Assembly (NCBI GenBank): GCA_048128005.1
Contig: JBEUKZ010000088.1
Coordinates: 1 to 64,000 of the forward strand
Direction: 5' to 3'
DNA from: Veleropilina oligotropha
Taxonomy: Eukaryota
Length of the DNA: 64,000 bases
Shown here: positions 21,591 through 35,479 of the stretch, one piece after another
Position numbering within the stretch: position 1 is the stretch's first letter
Layout of the letters: the number at the start of each line of letters is the position of its first letter
The notes under the pieces: generated by a model
The model's input: only the letters and a program-made list of their open reading frames with translations
What the model was told of the DNA's origin: nothing
Database searches by the model: none
Position numbers and translations under genes: made by a program

Positions 21591-23881
21591 TTAACCTGTT
21601 AACGTCTATCATATGTGACCCTCCATGACAAAATGAGGCGCATGTCGCAAGAGACCAAATGAAGTTAGCAGCGAAAAACGAGTGATGTCAATTTTATCGG
21701 AGCTATTTTGGTATTTTTTGAGAACTTGGTCAATGATAGTTAAACATTTGCACTGTGTACTTGATTTTCGTGAAAATTAAATAAAAAATGCATTATTTTA
21801 GCTTTTATGCGAGTGCACCAATATCCTTTTGTTTTATTTACGGCTAGACTCTCACTAAACAACCAGCATTTTCGATAATATGCAGTTTGGCCGTCGAGAA
21901 ACTCTCCCTACATTATCGGGTATCAATAGGAAGATGGTATACTCTGCTTTCCAAATATGGCACGTCTGACCGTGTCAAATATTACATAAACCAATCGCAA
22001 ATCGATTTTAGTGAATGTGTTTGTTGAGAAAGCCATAGCAACAAGATCACGTGACAGGAATCAGATGACGTTATTCGTGTAGGCTCACAAGTTTGTCGAA
22101 CGCTCGACGAGTAATAACTACATTCGCTACCACGGGAAATGTTCAAAATGTGACGGCGAAATGATTTCATTTAGAATTTGGTTGCAAATTGAACACTCTC
22201 ATTTGACGATGTTATGCAGTTTGAATTAATATATATTTTCACAGTGAATTATAAGCTGTGATTAGTGGATTATGCAGGCTGTAATTGCAAGAGTTGGTGG
22301 TTTTCTAAAATTTCAAGACTCGAGACGGGGACAGTCGAATTAAAAACACGTAATATATCACACGCACACATATAAATGATATATTTGATCGATTTTGCAT
22401 TCACTTTAGTAAAATATAATAATACTGTTTTCTCACAAAAGCTGGCACCTGGAGATGGCGACAACTCATTATCAATATGGCTTGAACCACAGTCTCTCGA
22501 CGATAAATCACAAAATAAAAGAAAATATCGAAATCGCGAGTCAAATGCCCCCCACACATTGATTGCAATATATCTCTATGTTATATAGCAATCAATATGT
22601 TGTGCATTTTCCTGGCGATTTCGAAAATATTTGTTTATCTCGTTACTTATCGTCAAGAGACTGTGCTTGAACCTGGTAATAGCAGAACCCATGTAATCTG
22701 GTATACAATATACTATAGCCCCACCCCCTACATGATATTTGATAGTATCACTGTGTACAAGCCAGTATATGTTGTTGGAAGCTTTATTTTACTACAACTT
22801 TTGACATTTTTCAGTGTTCTCAGTCAGGACACCCGGTAATTAAGTTTCACTCCGATCTGACCAACACACATAATATACCTACCTATATATTATTCCAAGC
22901 AGTAAAATGAGCCACCGACCGGGTTCAAACTAGATCCCACATAACAGCATTGGTCCAGTGTCGAACACACTAACCACTCATCTGCAGAGACCGCTAATTA
23001 TGTACATACAAAAAGTTTGTGATGTGGTAATTAATTTGGGTTTTAGGCCCATAATCATACCTGTCACTTCTACCGATATCGTCGGTAGTTTGCCGACGAA
23101 AGCCTATTTTTTAATTTGCCGATCGGCAGATACAAAAACACTAATATCTACCGACATGAGGAAATTTTCTCAATACATGTATAATAATTTTACCTAACTT
23201 ATTTTGTCATCGGTAGTTCTTATGACCAATATCCCTTGATGAAACTTTCCATTCACTGATCATTCATCTTTGTTTTAGTTCATTTGAAACATTCTTTAAT
23301 TAAGCTGCATTGATTACCACTTTGATTCAATTGTCACGATAACAATGGATGCCAACACGCAACACTGAACAGGCATGTGAAAGTCGACCCATACACGGGC
23401 CATAGGGTGAATAGCTTGGATGATAAGCGGATGTCTATTATGTGTGTCCCGAAAGTAATACCAGATGGTGATTAATAGAAAGTAACGGTTAAAGGAAAAT
23501 AGGGTTTAATATAGTATATACGACTTTGATAATATAATAATGATAATTGCAACTTATTGTAGGATTTCCCATCCCCTAACGTACCCTCATTTGGCATAGT
23601 CCATTAACAAACGAAAGTTGGCAAATCTTTCATTTTATTGCATGCTTGGTTGGCATGCAGTATAAATATTAAAAATGACATATAACAAATAAAAGAAGGG
23701 AAAAAAGTTAAATTGAATCTTTGAAATTAAATAAGCAAGCTGAGAATTTGACTTTCATAATGCTACAAAGGGAGATAACTGTGTGTCAAATTTTCTACAT
23801 AGTAACTATAGCCAGTTTCAAAATAGCATTACATTTGAGGCAATGAAAAAAATTAAATTAAATTGATGAATTTATTAACAC

Positions 23882-23914
<33 letters not shown>

Positions 23915-25853
23915 TATATATTTATATACATATATATAATATATACATATATATAATATATACATTTATATATAATATATATATTTATATATATATTTAT
24001 ATATACTAGTATATATATATACGCACGAATACACGTGTACACAGTCCTCTTCTCATTATTTAGTCGAGGAAAAAATCTACCTATGGGACAATGTCAAATG
24101 TTGACAGGTATGCCCATAATATTAATTTTCTTTTGGTCTTGATTTAAAATTAGACCTGGTATATTTACCTGGGAAGATTATCATTATGAAGCAATGTTCA
24201 GTCAGGTTGTTGAATGGTATCTGGCACCATAGTCCATGATTTTGGGGCTAAAATGGGTCAAGAAAGATTCAGAACTGAAGAAATCAGCATGGTATGTGGT
24301 CTTGTTCAGGCTGTCAACATTGATAATTTCTCACTGATCCACACCTTGATTAACTTGAGCTTACAGCTATTCCTATTCTCAAAATGAGCAATACAGTACT
24401 TGAATACACAGAAAATTAAACACTGAATCATCCAGATATATGAAAACAGCACAGTAATATTAAATTTATTTTATTTCATTAATTCCATGTGAATATATTA
24501 TTGTATCTCAGTAATGCTACATATCCAGATAGTGTTTTCAGAAGGTTAATATACTAGTATTATAGGTAATTTAACGTAAAGCATGTTGAGAGTCCATGAG
24601 GTCAGTATGAAAGACGAAAAACAGATTAATAAATAACTTTCTGACCAGTAATGAAATTGAACATACAATTGTGTTTCTGCACTTTCATCAAACTATATAT
24701 ATAACCCACATGAACAAGTAACTAACAATGCTAAATACATGATTATTATGAAAATATGACAATACAAATATAAACTTTTATAACACTTTTTTACACACAA
24801 ATTATCAAATTTATCATAACACTAATATTATTATATATCTATACATACGTTTGCTGTAGTATTTTTATATCATTATGCATCTTTCAAGCAGGATTGTTCA
24901 CAAATTATTAAATTTGTGATACGTATACTGGTCAATCATAATATTTATGATGATAAAATACTAGACAAACTTTTTCCAAAGTTCACGAAGCAAGAATTCA
25001 CAAATTGAATGGCATATATTATAATATTCCTCAATTCCGCATTACGTGGGTTCATGTATTCCTCCAAAGATTTGCGATGAACTCTATGGAAGATTAGGTG
25101 GAGTATCCTATTCGATCCGCTCGATCCATTGCAATCCTTTTCAGAAAATCACAGATCAGCTGAAATAAAATAAATTTGCAGAATGAATAAATTTAAAGAA
25201 TTGAAAATTATTCGCAACAATGTAAAACTTAAAATATAAAGTAGAGTTATATATATATGAATAAAATTTAATGTTCATTTGATGATTGTTTAAAAAATAA
25301 ATTTCATATGATAAACATCTATTGGACTAAACATGTTCCATTTAATAGGAAAATATTTTATTAATAAAATTATATATTTAATAAAATTTACTTATTTCCT
25401 TTGTATATTTCATAAAATTTACTTATTTCTTTTATATATATCATAAAATAAATTTTACTTATATTTAATGCAATGTATTTTACTTAATTATTTCACTTTT
25501 ATTTAAGAATTTACCCATGAAATAAAATTAATTAATGTATTTTCATAATACTCAAAAGAGCTCAATTATGAGTAAATTTCTATAAAATTATAAAGTCCTA
25601 TTAACACAATTTATTCATGAATTAACTTCGAAATGTTTGGATTCCTGTATGTTGTTTGCTAGTTGGAAGATATGGCAAAAAGAAAATAAGTACAAATTAT
25701 ATAACCTACATTTAAGGAAATTCAAAATATGTAATTCAATATAGGCCTATATAAAATGATGAAGACTAGAAAATCATATTAAATATTATTTTGTAATCCA
25801 ATTCTTAATAGTTATGATTGACAATATCACAATTTGCACGATTTGATATCAGA

Positions 25854-26357
25854 AACAAGAACCACGGTCCGATATGTCTCGCCCTTTAAATATATATATC
25901 AATGTATCAGAAAATTCCATTCAATGAAAAACTTTAACCGAAAAAACTTTAACCAAAATTTCTATGTCCAAAAAAACACCAATTCCATGCATTATTTATA
26001 TAAAATTCCAGTCAATAACAGTTCCAGAGTATCAGGTGTTGTCCATATAACCATTACCAATGCATATGTATGCATAAAAGTGCCTTTAGCAACCCATACA
26101 CATGCAATGAAAAACTTTAACCAAAATTTCTATGTCCAAAAACACCAATTTCATGCATTATTTATATAAAATTCCATTCAATAACAGTTCCAGAATATCA
26201 GGTGTTGTCCATATAACCAGTACCAATGCATATGTATGCATAAAAGTGCCTTTAGCAACCCATACACATGCAATGAAAAACTTTAACCCAAAACGACACG
26301 ACGCCGACGGAAAATGTAATCCCTAAGTCTCGCTTTCCCTTCGGGGCGAGACAAAAA
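25854..26357 (+). mobile_element. Helentron/HINE-like element with a ~167-bp tandem core
   Basis: aacaag..gtctcgcc start, about 2 repeat units, gacgcc microrepeat, and terminal hairpin gtctcgc..gcgagacaaaaa. Confidence 0.65.
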
Positions 26358-26619
26358 GAAGAAAATTGTTAGGGTTGTGTCCTCATCATAGGTAATTAAA
26401 TTGCAATGTTATTGTATCATACAATAATTTGAATCCTGACCGCTTCAGGAGGGTGATATTAGACACTGGATACAATCTGTTCTTGCAATGGCAATATATA
26501 CTGCCATCTCATTGGATACCCATGGAATAAACCAATGGGGAAGCCAGTTTTCAAAATTGTTTGGGGGGTGGGGGGTGGGCATGAGGGGGTACGAAGCAGA
26601 AGGATTAACATGTATGTGC

Positions 26620-27146
26620 TTCCCTCATCTCATACACTTATGAAACATGTATGGTCTAAGTTTCATTGATCTGGAACACATACCTTTTGAGGAATAGAGC
26701 TAAACGCAAAAACTTAACGTAATAACTTAACACAGATTACTATGATTACAAAGTCACGGTACATAATATCTAGGTAAAATATCAACCATCCAAAGGATTC
26801 ATTACACAACAGGACCTATGAAACATCTATAGTCCATATTATGTTGATCTAGAACATATACTTTTTGAGAAACAGAGCTAAACGCAAAACCTTAACGTAA
26901 AAACTTAACACAGATTACAATGATTACAAAGTCACGGTACATAAAATCTAGGTTATATATCAAGTATCCGAAGCATTCGGTACATAACAGTACCCATGAA
27001 GCATCTATGGTCCAAGTTATGTTGATCGAGATCTTATACTTTTTGAGAAACAGAGCTAAACGCAAAACTTTAACAATTGTTGACGACGCCGTCGCCGACA
27101 GAAAAGCAATACCTATAGTCTCTTTCCCTTCGGGCGAGACAAAAAT
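26620..27146 (+). mobile_element. Helentron/HINE-like element with a 178-bp tandem core (5' end unclear)
   Basis: agagctaaacgcaaaa at 26696, 26874 and 27052; same terminal hairpin ..cccttcgggcgagacaaaaa. Confidence 0.6.
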
Positions 27147-28327
27147 ACTAGTAACATATTATGTAACTATGTAGGGTAGGCCTTTTTATGCTAATATATT
27201 ACTTGCATACGTACGCTACTGTCGCTTTCTCCCATGAACCGTTTACCGTAACAAGATGTACTTACCAAAATGTGTCATTCGCAAACCCGGAAACCGTTCT
27301 TCGTGGTCAAACTTGGTCGTATTTCAGTATTTCGTATGTCACTGATTCATGCCATGCAATCGCCGCATTTATCGTCGTTGTTTGGATCATGAGTACCACG
27401 TGTAACAGCAACTATCTAGATGTAATTTACTAAAGTTGAATGAAATGACGGTAACGATGTCATCTCCGTTTGAACAACGGCCATTTTTCTGCTTTGACTG
27501 TTGTGTACAACTGACGTCACAGCGGCATATTGTAACGAGTTGTAGCAATTTTCGTTTCGTATTTAAATAAATACTATGGAACACCATATGGCCCCAACTA
27601 CATAATATTTATGCAAATTCATTTTAACGTCGATTACGAAAGCAAAAACATGTTATATGTCATTATGACTGATATAAACATTTCGTACATTTGAACTCTT
27701 TTTGAATTTACAAATGACATTTTGGAATTTAGTTTGATTTCTGCTAAAAACACTAAATAACTTTTTTATTAATTATATCTTATTGCCCTGAGGGCGGTAT
27801 AAAACCACCACCAATTGCCAGATAAGAAAGCTATAGTGTCTATTTGTTGTTGATAATCATATTTTTGTAAATGGAAAATTTCAAAATGATGACTTCAAAA
27901 AGTTTATATCAAGGATATTACGCCACAATGCAAAAAAACGTTAAACAATTTTAAACGTAATTTTCTCCTTAATTAGCATAATTACGTAATTTTTGTCAGA
28001 TCAAAATAATTTAAACACCAGAATACTCGGTATGTTTATAGCTATTTATGCTAAAATCTCAATTTTGAAAAAATGCGACATGCGCCTCAGTTTGTGGTGG
28101 GGGGTCACATATACCTTAGAATACCTTAGGATGATTTCTGGGCTCTGAGGTAAGGAGATATCTCCTTTTTTAGCCCACTTTATGCAGGAATTCTTCAGAT
28201 ACTGAATCCTGGTATATAATCACTATATATGCTTGCATCGTATGTTCAACATCATTACAGGGTACAGGTTTGTTTTTCAAGTGTCACAATCAGTAGGTAT
28301 ATATGTGGGAAGTCACACATACACACG

Positions 28328-28406
28328 TGGTTAGTATCGATATATAATGTCATGGTTAGTATCGATATATAATGTCATGGTTAGTATCGATATATAATGT
28401 CATGGT
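28328..28406. repeat. 25-bp minisatellite, 3 copies
   Basis: Unit tggttagtatcgatatataatgtca. Confidence 0.9.
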
Positions 28407-28939
28407 TCCAGTTCCGATCCAATATATATAGATTATCTCCCTTAATAATAATCCATTCGCGACTTACCACCAACAAAACCACACGATAGCGCTAACAGTA
28501 ACAATTTTACATTGCGAGATAATACAGGTTCCATATTAACGAACATGATTTATAAATCATGATGTATGAATCTGAAATGTTTGACATAAGTTAAACTGAG
28601 TTTAGATATAAGTTGTTCAAATGTTGACAACACGACCACGTGTGTTCCATGATATGATACGTGGATTGTCATTGGCTATTGTATTTGCGTCAAGCGAATC
28701 AATGGCGCTTTTACATATGAATGGATTAACCCGTTAGAATACATGGCCAGTCTCCTGTTCAATTGGCAAAACGTTTCGTATCGAAACGTTTTTTCCATTG
28801 TCGTTCAATAGGCAGAGCACTTTCCAAATAAGGCGAGCACTCTTCCGAGGTGACTCGCGGCGCGACCAAAATGGCGGGCGATAAACATAGCTCTGAGGAG
28901 CTTTTGACCGACATAAAACCCGATCGGGATATACATGTA

Positions 28940-30103
28940 CAGTCGAACCCGCTCATGCGGCTACCTCTATTAAGCAGCCACCTGCAGTAAGCGGCCACTT
29001 TGAAATCCCCTCAACGACATTAACTATAATTTTTAACTGTATTAAGCGACCACCATTTTCAGCGTGGTTGTCACGTGACCACATTATAAATTAAGATGTA
29101 AACTTGAGTTCAGATGCAATTTAGCACTATTATTTTCCAAAAAATAATATTAACAATATTAAAGGCATATACCGTATAAATGTCATTATTTACGCGTTTG
29201 TATTTTATAGTTTTCGACAATTGACCTTGCGGCATCGACTGCTTTGAGTTTCTCTACCATTGCATATACAGTAATCCGGTTAATAAATAGAAGATAATAA
29301 CTTGTTACTTTGCAATGACCCGTCATTTACATTTTCAGGTAACTCTATTCATTTCACCATATGGGATAATTACTATTTATCCTATTACACGAAATGCAAC
29401 TGATCCCATGGATAATCCGATTAACTTCGTCTCTTCTGAACCATTGAGTGTTTTTGTACATGTAGGCAAGGTGATTAGTGGTCAGATAGCCTAATAACAT
29501 TTATTGCTTTAAATGCTGCATTTTCAATCATTTTTCATCATCTTACAATTATTATTCTGATGTCAATTTAACGTATAGTGTTAACATTGGACCAGCTATT
29601 GAAAGTCATAGAACTTGGTAAATTTAAAAGCGCTCGTAAGATTGACGATGAAATGAAAGTTGGAGTATCTCAAGTTCAAGGAATTATCAAGCGCAAAGGT
29701 GATGTGCTAGCTTAGCTGACTGCGAGAACAACATGTCTGGCGACCGGAAACGTGCACGTCATGGAGCTGCGAAAACAATTCGTGGATGCTCGATTAGAAG
29801 TGGCCACCAAACATGCCACGATGTACGATTTCTTTAATAATTAATAGTAAAACGAGTAACTTTGTATATTTGTAAATACTGTCAATATAACATACTAGTA
29901 ATAAATAATAAATTATATACATATAATAAAACTAACTCGTTTTATTGTTATTAAATAATTTTGCTATATTTAATGCGTATATACAGGGTGATATATACAT
30001 ACAAAAACTCCACAACAATTCCAACCTGGATTAAGCAGCCACCTGTCTTAAGCGGCCACTTTTAAAAATTCCCTTCAGTGGCTGCTTAATACAGGTTCGA
30101 CTG
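28940..30103 (+). mobile_element. Internally deleted pogo/Tigger-like DNA transposon
   Basis: TA|cagtcgaacc ... ggttcgactg|TA. At 29560-29715 it encodes MSI*RIVLTLDQLLKVIELGKFKSARKIDDEMKVGVSQVQGIIKRK, a psq/CENP-B-type HTH with a premature stop. Confidence 0.88.
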
Positions 30104-30145
30104 TATATCTCAACTGCAAGTGACTTTTTTAGGTATAACTCTTAC

Positions 30146-30240
30146 CATGAATCCAGCCCTCGGACTCTGGTCACCATATGGTGAAGGTCAACGCAATCAT
30201 GTACGGGTAGACCATAATCTCGGAACAGTTTTCGCGCATC
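30146..30240 (-). pseudogene. EXD2: Displaced partial duplicate of EXD2 exon 13630-13755
   Basis: 95 nt with 6 mismatches to 13630-13724; the donor and adjacent intron sequence are also copied. Confidence 0.9.
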
Positions 30241-30982
30241 TTATAAATTGATGAAATTCCAAATTGTCTGTAGCCCATGACCTTGTTGGCATTGTCTACA
30301 CGTTTTGCAATACTATGATGACCTTTAATATTTACGCATTATCTACATGTTTAATAAGTAGGACGGTTATTTATTCAGTAGTGATATCTACCAGTACCTA
30401 TAATTCTAGGATGATGAAACTTTTGACCTACTAACACTGAATCTGTTTTGCCTGAGATGTTCCTCTGTTCCAGGATGTTTCTGAGGCACATTCAAAGGTG
30501 CCATTAGGTTCAATGTGGTGTTTCTGATATAATTGTGTTAATTATAACTGAATAAAAGCCTCCGCACAGTTTCAAGGCTTGTCATATGCAGTTCCAAAGT
30601 GTGTTTTTTATTGCGCTCTGAAATTGGATATTAAGTCAAGCTATGTCCATGTAGGTTAACCCGAAATTGCGAGAATTGGCAAGTGCAGATGAACATTTAG
30701 AGCAGAAATAATAATTTCATGTATCATTCAAGTGCGCAAAATAATCGTTTCACACTACCTTGCTCAGTGTGAACATATTAGTATGACTGTGTCATATTTT
30801 GGACAATGCTGCTGTTAATTTCAATGTCAAAATGCTGGTGATGGTGAATCCCTGGGCCGACTACAACAAAGAACTAACACTGTACTGCCGTTTGTTGATA
30901 TATTACCTGTCTACCAAAACCGGCTGCACCAAACCTTGATACGTTTACATGGTATATTATGCGGTCCCACTCTTTGTGTGCC

Positions 30983-31244
30983 GGGCCGTTTCGGCAGCGC
31001 AGTGGGTAGAGTGTCCACTCTAAATTCACTGGCTTGATTCCGCTAATGCGAACAGTAGTGGGTTCAATACCTGGCTGAGGCATTGAAATTTGTTCAAGTT
31101 ATGAATCACAGTTGTCCGTGACTGGCCGAAGAGGGCGGGTTTACCCGGGCGACCGGGGTTTCCTCCCGCGATAACACGGACATGTCCTGCCTTGAACCTC
31201 GATGTTGTACATATACAGGACATTAAGCATCATTCCTCCTCTTC
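30983..31244 (+). mobile_element. tRNA-derived SINE, family A
   Basis: Near-identical to 1696-1950; TSD ctttgtgtgcc (30972-30982 and 31245-31255). Confidence 0.9.
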
Positions 31245-31999
31245 CTTTGTGTGCCAAGAAGTTAGTATGTCAATGATTGCTATATGACTTTTGTTTGAGT
31301 GGCATAAGATTTTAATTGCTACGGAATGACGTCGAAGCGGCTCTGTTTTTGCGTGTGTCTCCAAGATACTGCATATTATGTGAAAATGTGTCATTAGTCG
31401 CCGCCCAGTACATATATATGAAGTATATGACTTGTCTAGCGTTTACGGGAGTAGAAAGACATCTTCGCAAATGACGAGTGACGTTTACAATAGGTTTCAA
31501 CAATAGCATGAGGAAAGTTCATCATAAAGAGTTGTCGACAGACCAATGCAAGGTAGCAGTGACTCGAGTTCAATGCCATACTTGAGAGATATGCATGTTT
31601 CAGTTCCTAACAGGTGTATTTCACATCCACAGATACAATATGTATATATCAATTACAGCGCTAGAAGAATGGTGATCTACTTATATGCATATGTGTGTAG
31701 ATTATCGAATACCGATAAGAGACCCTTATCCTGTCACAAGGATAGAAGAATTTTCCCGATCCGGATGCAGATGGTTGAGGGCGACACATAAAACTGCTTA
31801 CGCGACACCATTGGGTTTCTATTAGTCTAACATGATGTAAGATGTTAAATGTAAGGAACCCACCTGCGACGTACCAGAGTTAATGACACAAAATATTTTC
31901 GGTTGATCTTCTTAAGAGATTCTGCGTCTTCTTGGACGATATTGCCATTTGGTCGACAGACATACCACAACACTTGGTAGGGTTATAATCGAATCCAGT

Positions 32000-33735
32000 G
32001 AAGTTAAGCAAGGATGGGTTTTTGGTGGAACTTCTTACGTCACGTCGCATCAATCTGATCCAAATGAGATCGAAATGATTACAGATTGGCCCACATCACA
32101 ATTATGCTACGACAAGTCAGGTCATCTTTAGTATTTGCGTCCCATTATTGATGATTTGTGAAGAGTTTTTCTGCTGTAGTTGCTCTCCTGCACAACAAAG
32201 TAACGAACTCAGCGTTGACGCAAGAACAAAGATATCGCCAATATATATGTCAAAGGCCATGAACAGGCTTTTCAGGAACTTAAAGAGGAGAGCCTGATCA
32301 TCTCCAACTCCGAGCCATCTGAATACCATCGACAAATTTTAATGCGAATCTCGATTCATCACTAATGCAACAGACACACTGATATAAGAGACGAGACAGC
32401 TTACAACATGTCTTTCGTATCAAAGATAGTTGGAAAGGCAGTCTGTCCGCGACTTTCTGAACAACTGGAGAATTATGATCTCCACGAATCCTTCCATTTA
32501 GCTTATCGACAGAGCCACAGCACTGAAACTGCTCTTCTACAAGTCGTCAATGACATGCGCTTTGGTACCGACAATGGTAGTGATGTTTGATCTGAGCTCA
32601 GTATTTTGATACCATCGATCAAGACAACTTGCTTCGACGCCGTGACGACCAGCTTGGGATCTAGGGGACATGCTTGGGCATGGTTTCAATAATTATAATC
32701 TGAACAAGTGGTCCCAGTCGGCTGTAGAATAGTCGATAATTCGTTTTCACCATCTGCCAGTTTATATTGCAGAGTTCCACAAGGTTCTGTTCTAGGACCC
32801 GTTCTCTTCACACTCTACTCCAAGTACCTCGGCAACTTCGTTTCTTAGCACAATGTCCGACGCCAATTTCATGCAGACGCCTCGCAACTCTTTGATTTCT
32901 TCATTCTGCACTTTTGCTGATGTGTACTTCCAATACTAGTATGTCTGTATCCTATGACGAAGTGAAAGCCTGGACGACATATAAGAAGCTCAAGCTGAAC
33001 GATCTGAAATCGGAAGTCAGCTTTCGGTTCAACAGCAAGAAGAAAGTCATATGATGCCACATCCTTCCCTGTCAGATCTTCATCTATTGCTCTCTCTGTC
33101 TCTGTGATAAATCTTGGAGTCGTTCTGCACAAAGAGTTGCCAATGGACAATCACGTCAGTCATGTATCAAAGAAAAGTTTTGGAGTCATCAGAAATATTA
33201 GGTCTATCCTCAAGTTTCCTACTACGAAATCAGCTAAAACTCTAACAGTGTCATTGATTCTGTCAAGCAAATTATTGGAATTACTGCTGCCATGATCGTT
33301 TCCCTCACAGAAAGACTCGTGACATAACGCTGATCTTGAAGTCCGTTCATTGGCTACCAATGGACTATCGCATAGAATTCAAATATATTGCAGACATCGC
33401 CCCAAATATCTCTGCAACCTTGCACTCCCATACAACCCCAGCAGAACACCTATATATCAGGGAAAGAACGTTTGTGTCGTGCCAAGCACGAACACTGTCA
33501 GATACGGTCAGCGATCTTTCTCATATGTGGCTGCTGTCGAGTGGAATGGGCTATCATACAGACTCCGAAACGCTTCTACTCTTCAGTCCTTTCGAGCCAA
33601 ATTCAAGACCTACGTTCTTCTTGCAGCAAACCTAATACAAGTGCTGCTTTTTTCATGAGCTGTATCCATCTTGCGCTTAGAGCATGTTTTCACACGAATA
33701 CAGCGCATTATAAATTGACTATTTTTATATATTAT
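32000..33735 (+). mobile_element. Degenerate 5'-truncated LINE (CR1/L2 group) RT fragment
   Basis: Frameshifted motifs SFVSKIV, AYRQSHSTETALLQVVND, VPQGSVLGPVLF, HWLP..RIEFK and YGQRSFSYVAAVEWNGL. Confidence 0.85.
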
Positions 33736-33739
33736 TTTA

Positions 33740-35400
33740 CGACCGACTGCTACCGGCCATCGCAAGGAATCGTAGACCAGTCAAGCCACAAGCCCCGGTG
33801 ATCTTGTATTGTCTTGAGTTGTCGCACGACCAACTTCGGTTGTTGGGAGATTTTCAATCATGTTAAAAAACTGTCTGCGACCAAACCGGTCTTCAACAGT
33901 CGTCCGATTGTTGTACCACAAATCTTGATTGGCCTTACGTTGTCGTTGACTGATTCCCAATTGTCCAACAGTTTCACGACTTATTGGGCGAATAGTCGTA
34001 AAAGTCGCAAGACTGTCGTGACTGTTAAAGATATATCCTGGGAGATGCATATATGGGTTGGTTCTGTATATGTTCTGGGAGATGCATATAGGGGTTGGTT
34101 CTGTATATATGCTGGGAGATGCATATATGGGTTGGTTCTGTGGACATCTGTTCTCAAGCTCAGTGTGTCTACACTGTTAATCCGGTCTGCTTGAAGTATG
34201 AAGTATCATGTGTTTATTTCTGGTCATTCTTTGTTTTTTTACATTAAATGTTCACTGGAACTATATTATTTGTTTCCTTGCCAATACACTTTTTCTGAAC
34301 TTTCATTAGATTACTTTACCTATAATGTCCTTTGTTTCTATTTTACTGCAGATCAGGAGTCTACGCTAGAAATAGCAGCTAGATGCTCTATCCTTGATCG
34401 CGTTGCATAGAGAAAGAGAAGCGAGAAGAGAGGGACAAGAGACGGTTCTCGGTCCATCCCTGGATCCATCCAAGAGTCATGTACGCGAACTACGATAATC
34501 TCATGGTGAGGCTGGAATGAAATGTTGAGAGGGATGTTATCAACTTCCTGAGGATGTAACACAGGATGGTCTGTTAGTTGTTTCTGAGTCTCACCCCGAG
34601 ACTGACCAAACAAGAGACAAGGTTGAGACAGCCTCTACATCTTGGACTAGTGCATTCCACCACTTCCCGCTGCCGTGCCCTGGCACAGCTATGCCATAGC
34701 ATCAGTTATACGTTCAGAGTTCCCCACAACACGATTCCCTGCTTCCTGCAAGAAGTGTGTGTCTCCAAAGAACTATGGAGCTGTCTATCACAACAACAAG
34801 GGTTCTTCTCAATCATATTACTCGGACTTGTAGACGCCGATTACAAATTCCTGCAGGCCGACGTCGGTGTCAATGGCTTTACATACGACTGTGCTGTGTT
34901 CAATATCTCGCCACTCTCACATGATGACCGCAACATCCAGTATTTTCTCTATGGAACATGGAGTATGATGTACTTCGCACAGTGACACCACAACATTAAC
35001 CAATGACGAGAGGATCTTCAACTACAGACTATTACGAGCGCGCCGTGTCTCGGAGAACGGCTTTGGTATTCTGGTCAATACATTCTGGTGTCTTATCACC
35101 ATCTTGTAGCAGGAACCGGATACCTTCAAATTCATCGTAATAGGGTGACGCTGTCTCCACAATCTTATGAAGTTAGGTTGATAAGATCTACAGCACTTGG
35201 AGCTCGACAGAGAGGGAAACGACCACGAAGTCATTTAAGGAATGAAGCTGTCTTTCGAGAGATGAAACGTACAGAGAGGAAATTTTGCCGCAAGGGAAGC
35301 CTAGCAGCAGATAGTCTATCCTTCAGGTGTTGATTGGCTTAAAACGCTGTGAGAATTGATGACCCTGACGACAAATCCCTCAAAGTTTTCGGACCAGTGG
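33740..35400 (+). mobile_element. Degenerate PIF/Harbinger transposon
   Basis: Broken transposase motifs LTPRLTKQETRLRQPL, SYTFRVPHNTI, GFFSIILLGLVDADYKF..DVG.NG and RIFNYRLLRARRVSENGFGIL. Boundaries approximate. Confidence 0.8.
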
Positions 35401-35479
35401 TGCTATGAGTCTGCTACAGACTGGTCAGGGAAACGTCTTATTGCGTGACTGCTGGGATGATTTCGCAGAACCCCCATGA

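Larger units (their letters stand above)
21614..28109. mobile_element. Unclassified TIR DNA transposon relic with TGT..ACA ends and TA flanks
   Basis: Left end tgtgaccctccatgacaaaatgaggcgcatgtcgca versus right-end reverse complement tgtgaccccccaccacaaactgaggcgcatgtcgca (36 bp, 4 mismatches). Confidence 0.8.

Noticed and set aside
24169..24184. Candidate EXD2 start exon MIIFP(G) with a phase-1 GTAAAT donor
   Set aside because: It is phase-compatible but lies inside a transposon relic and has no independent support.
30983..31080. tRNA gene
   Set aside because: The A/B boxes belong to a SINE head; no cloverleaf is evident, and the sequence continues into a repeated body with TSDs.
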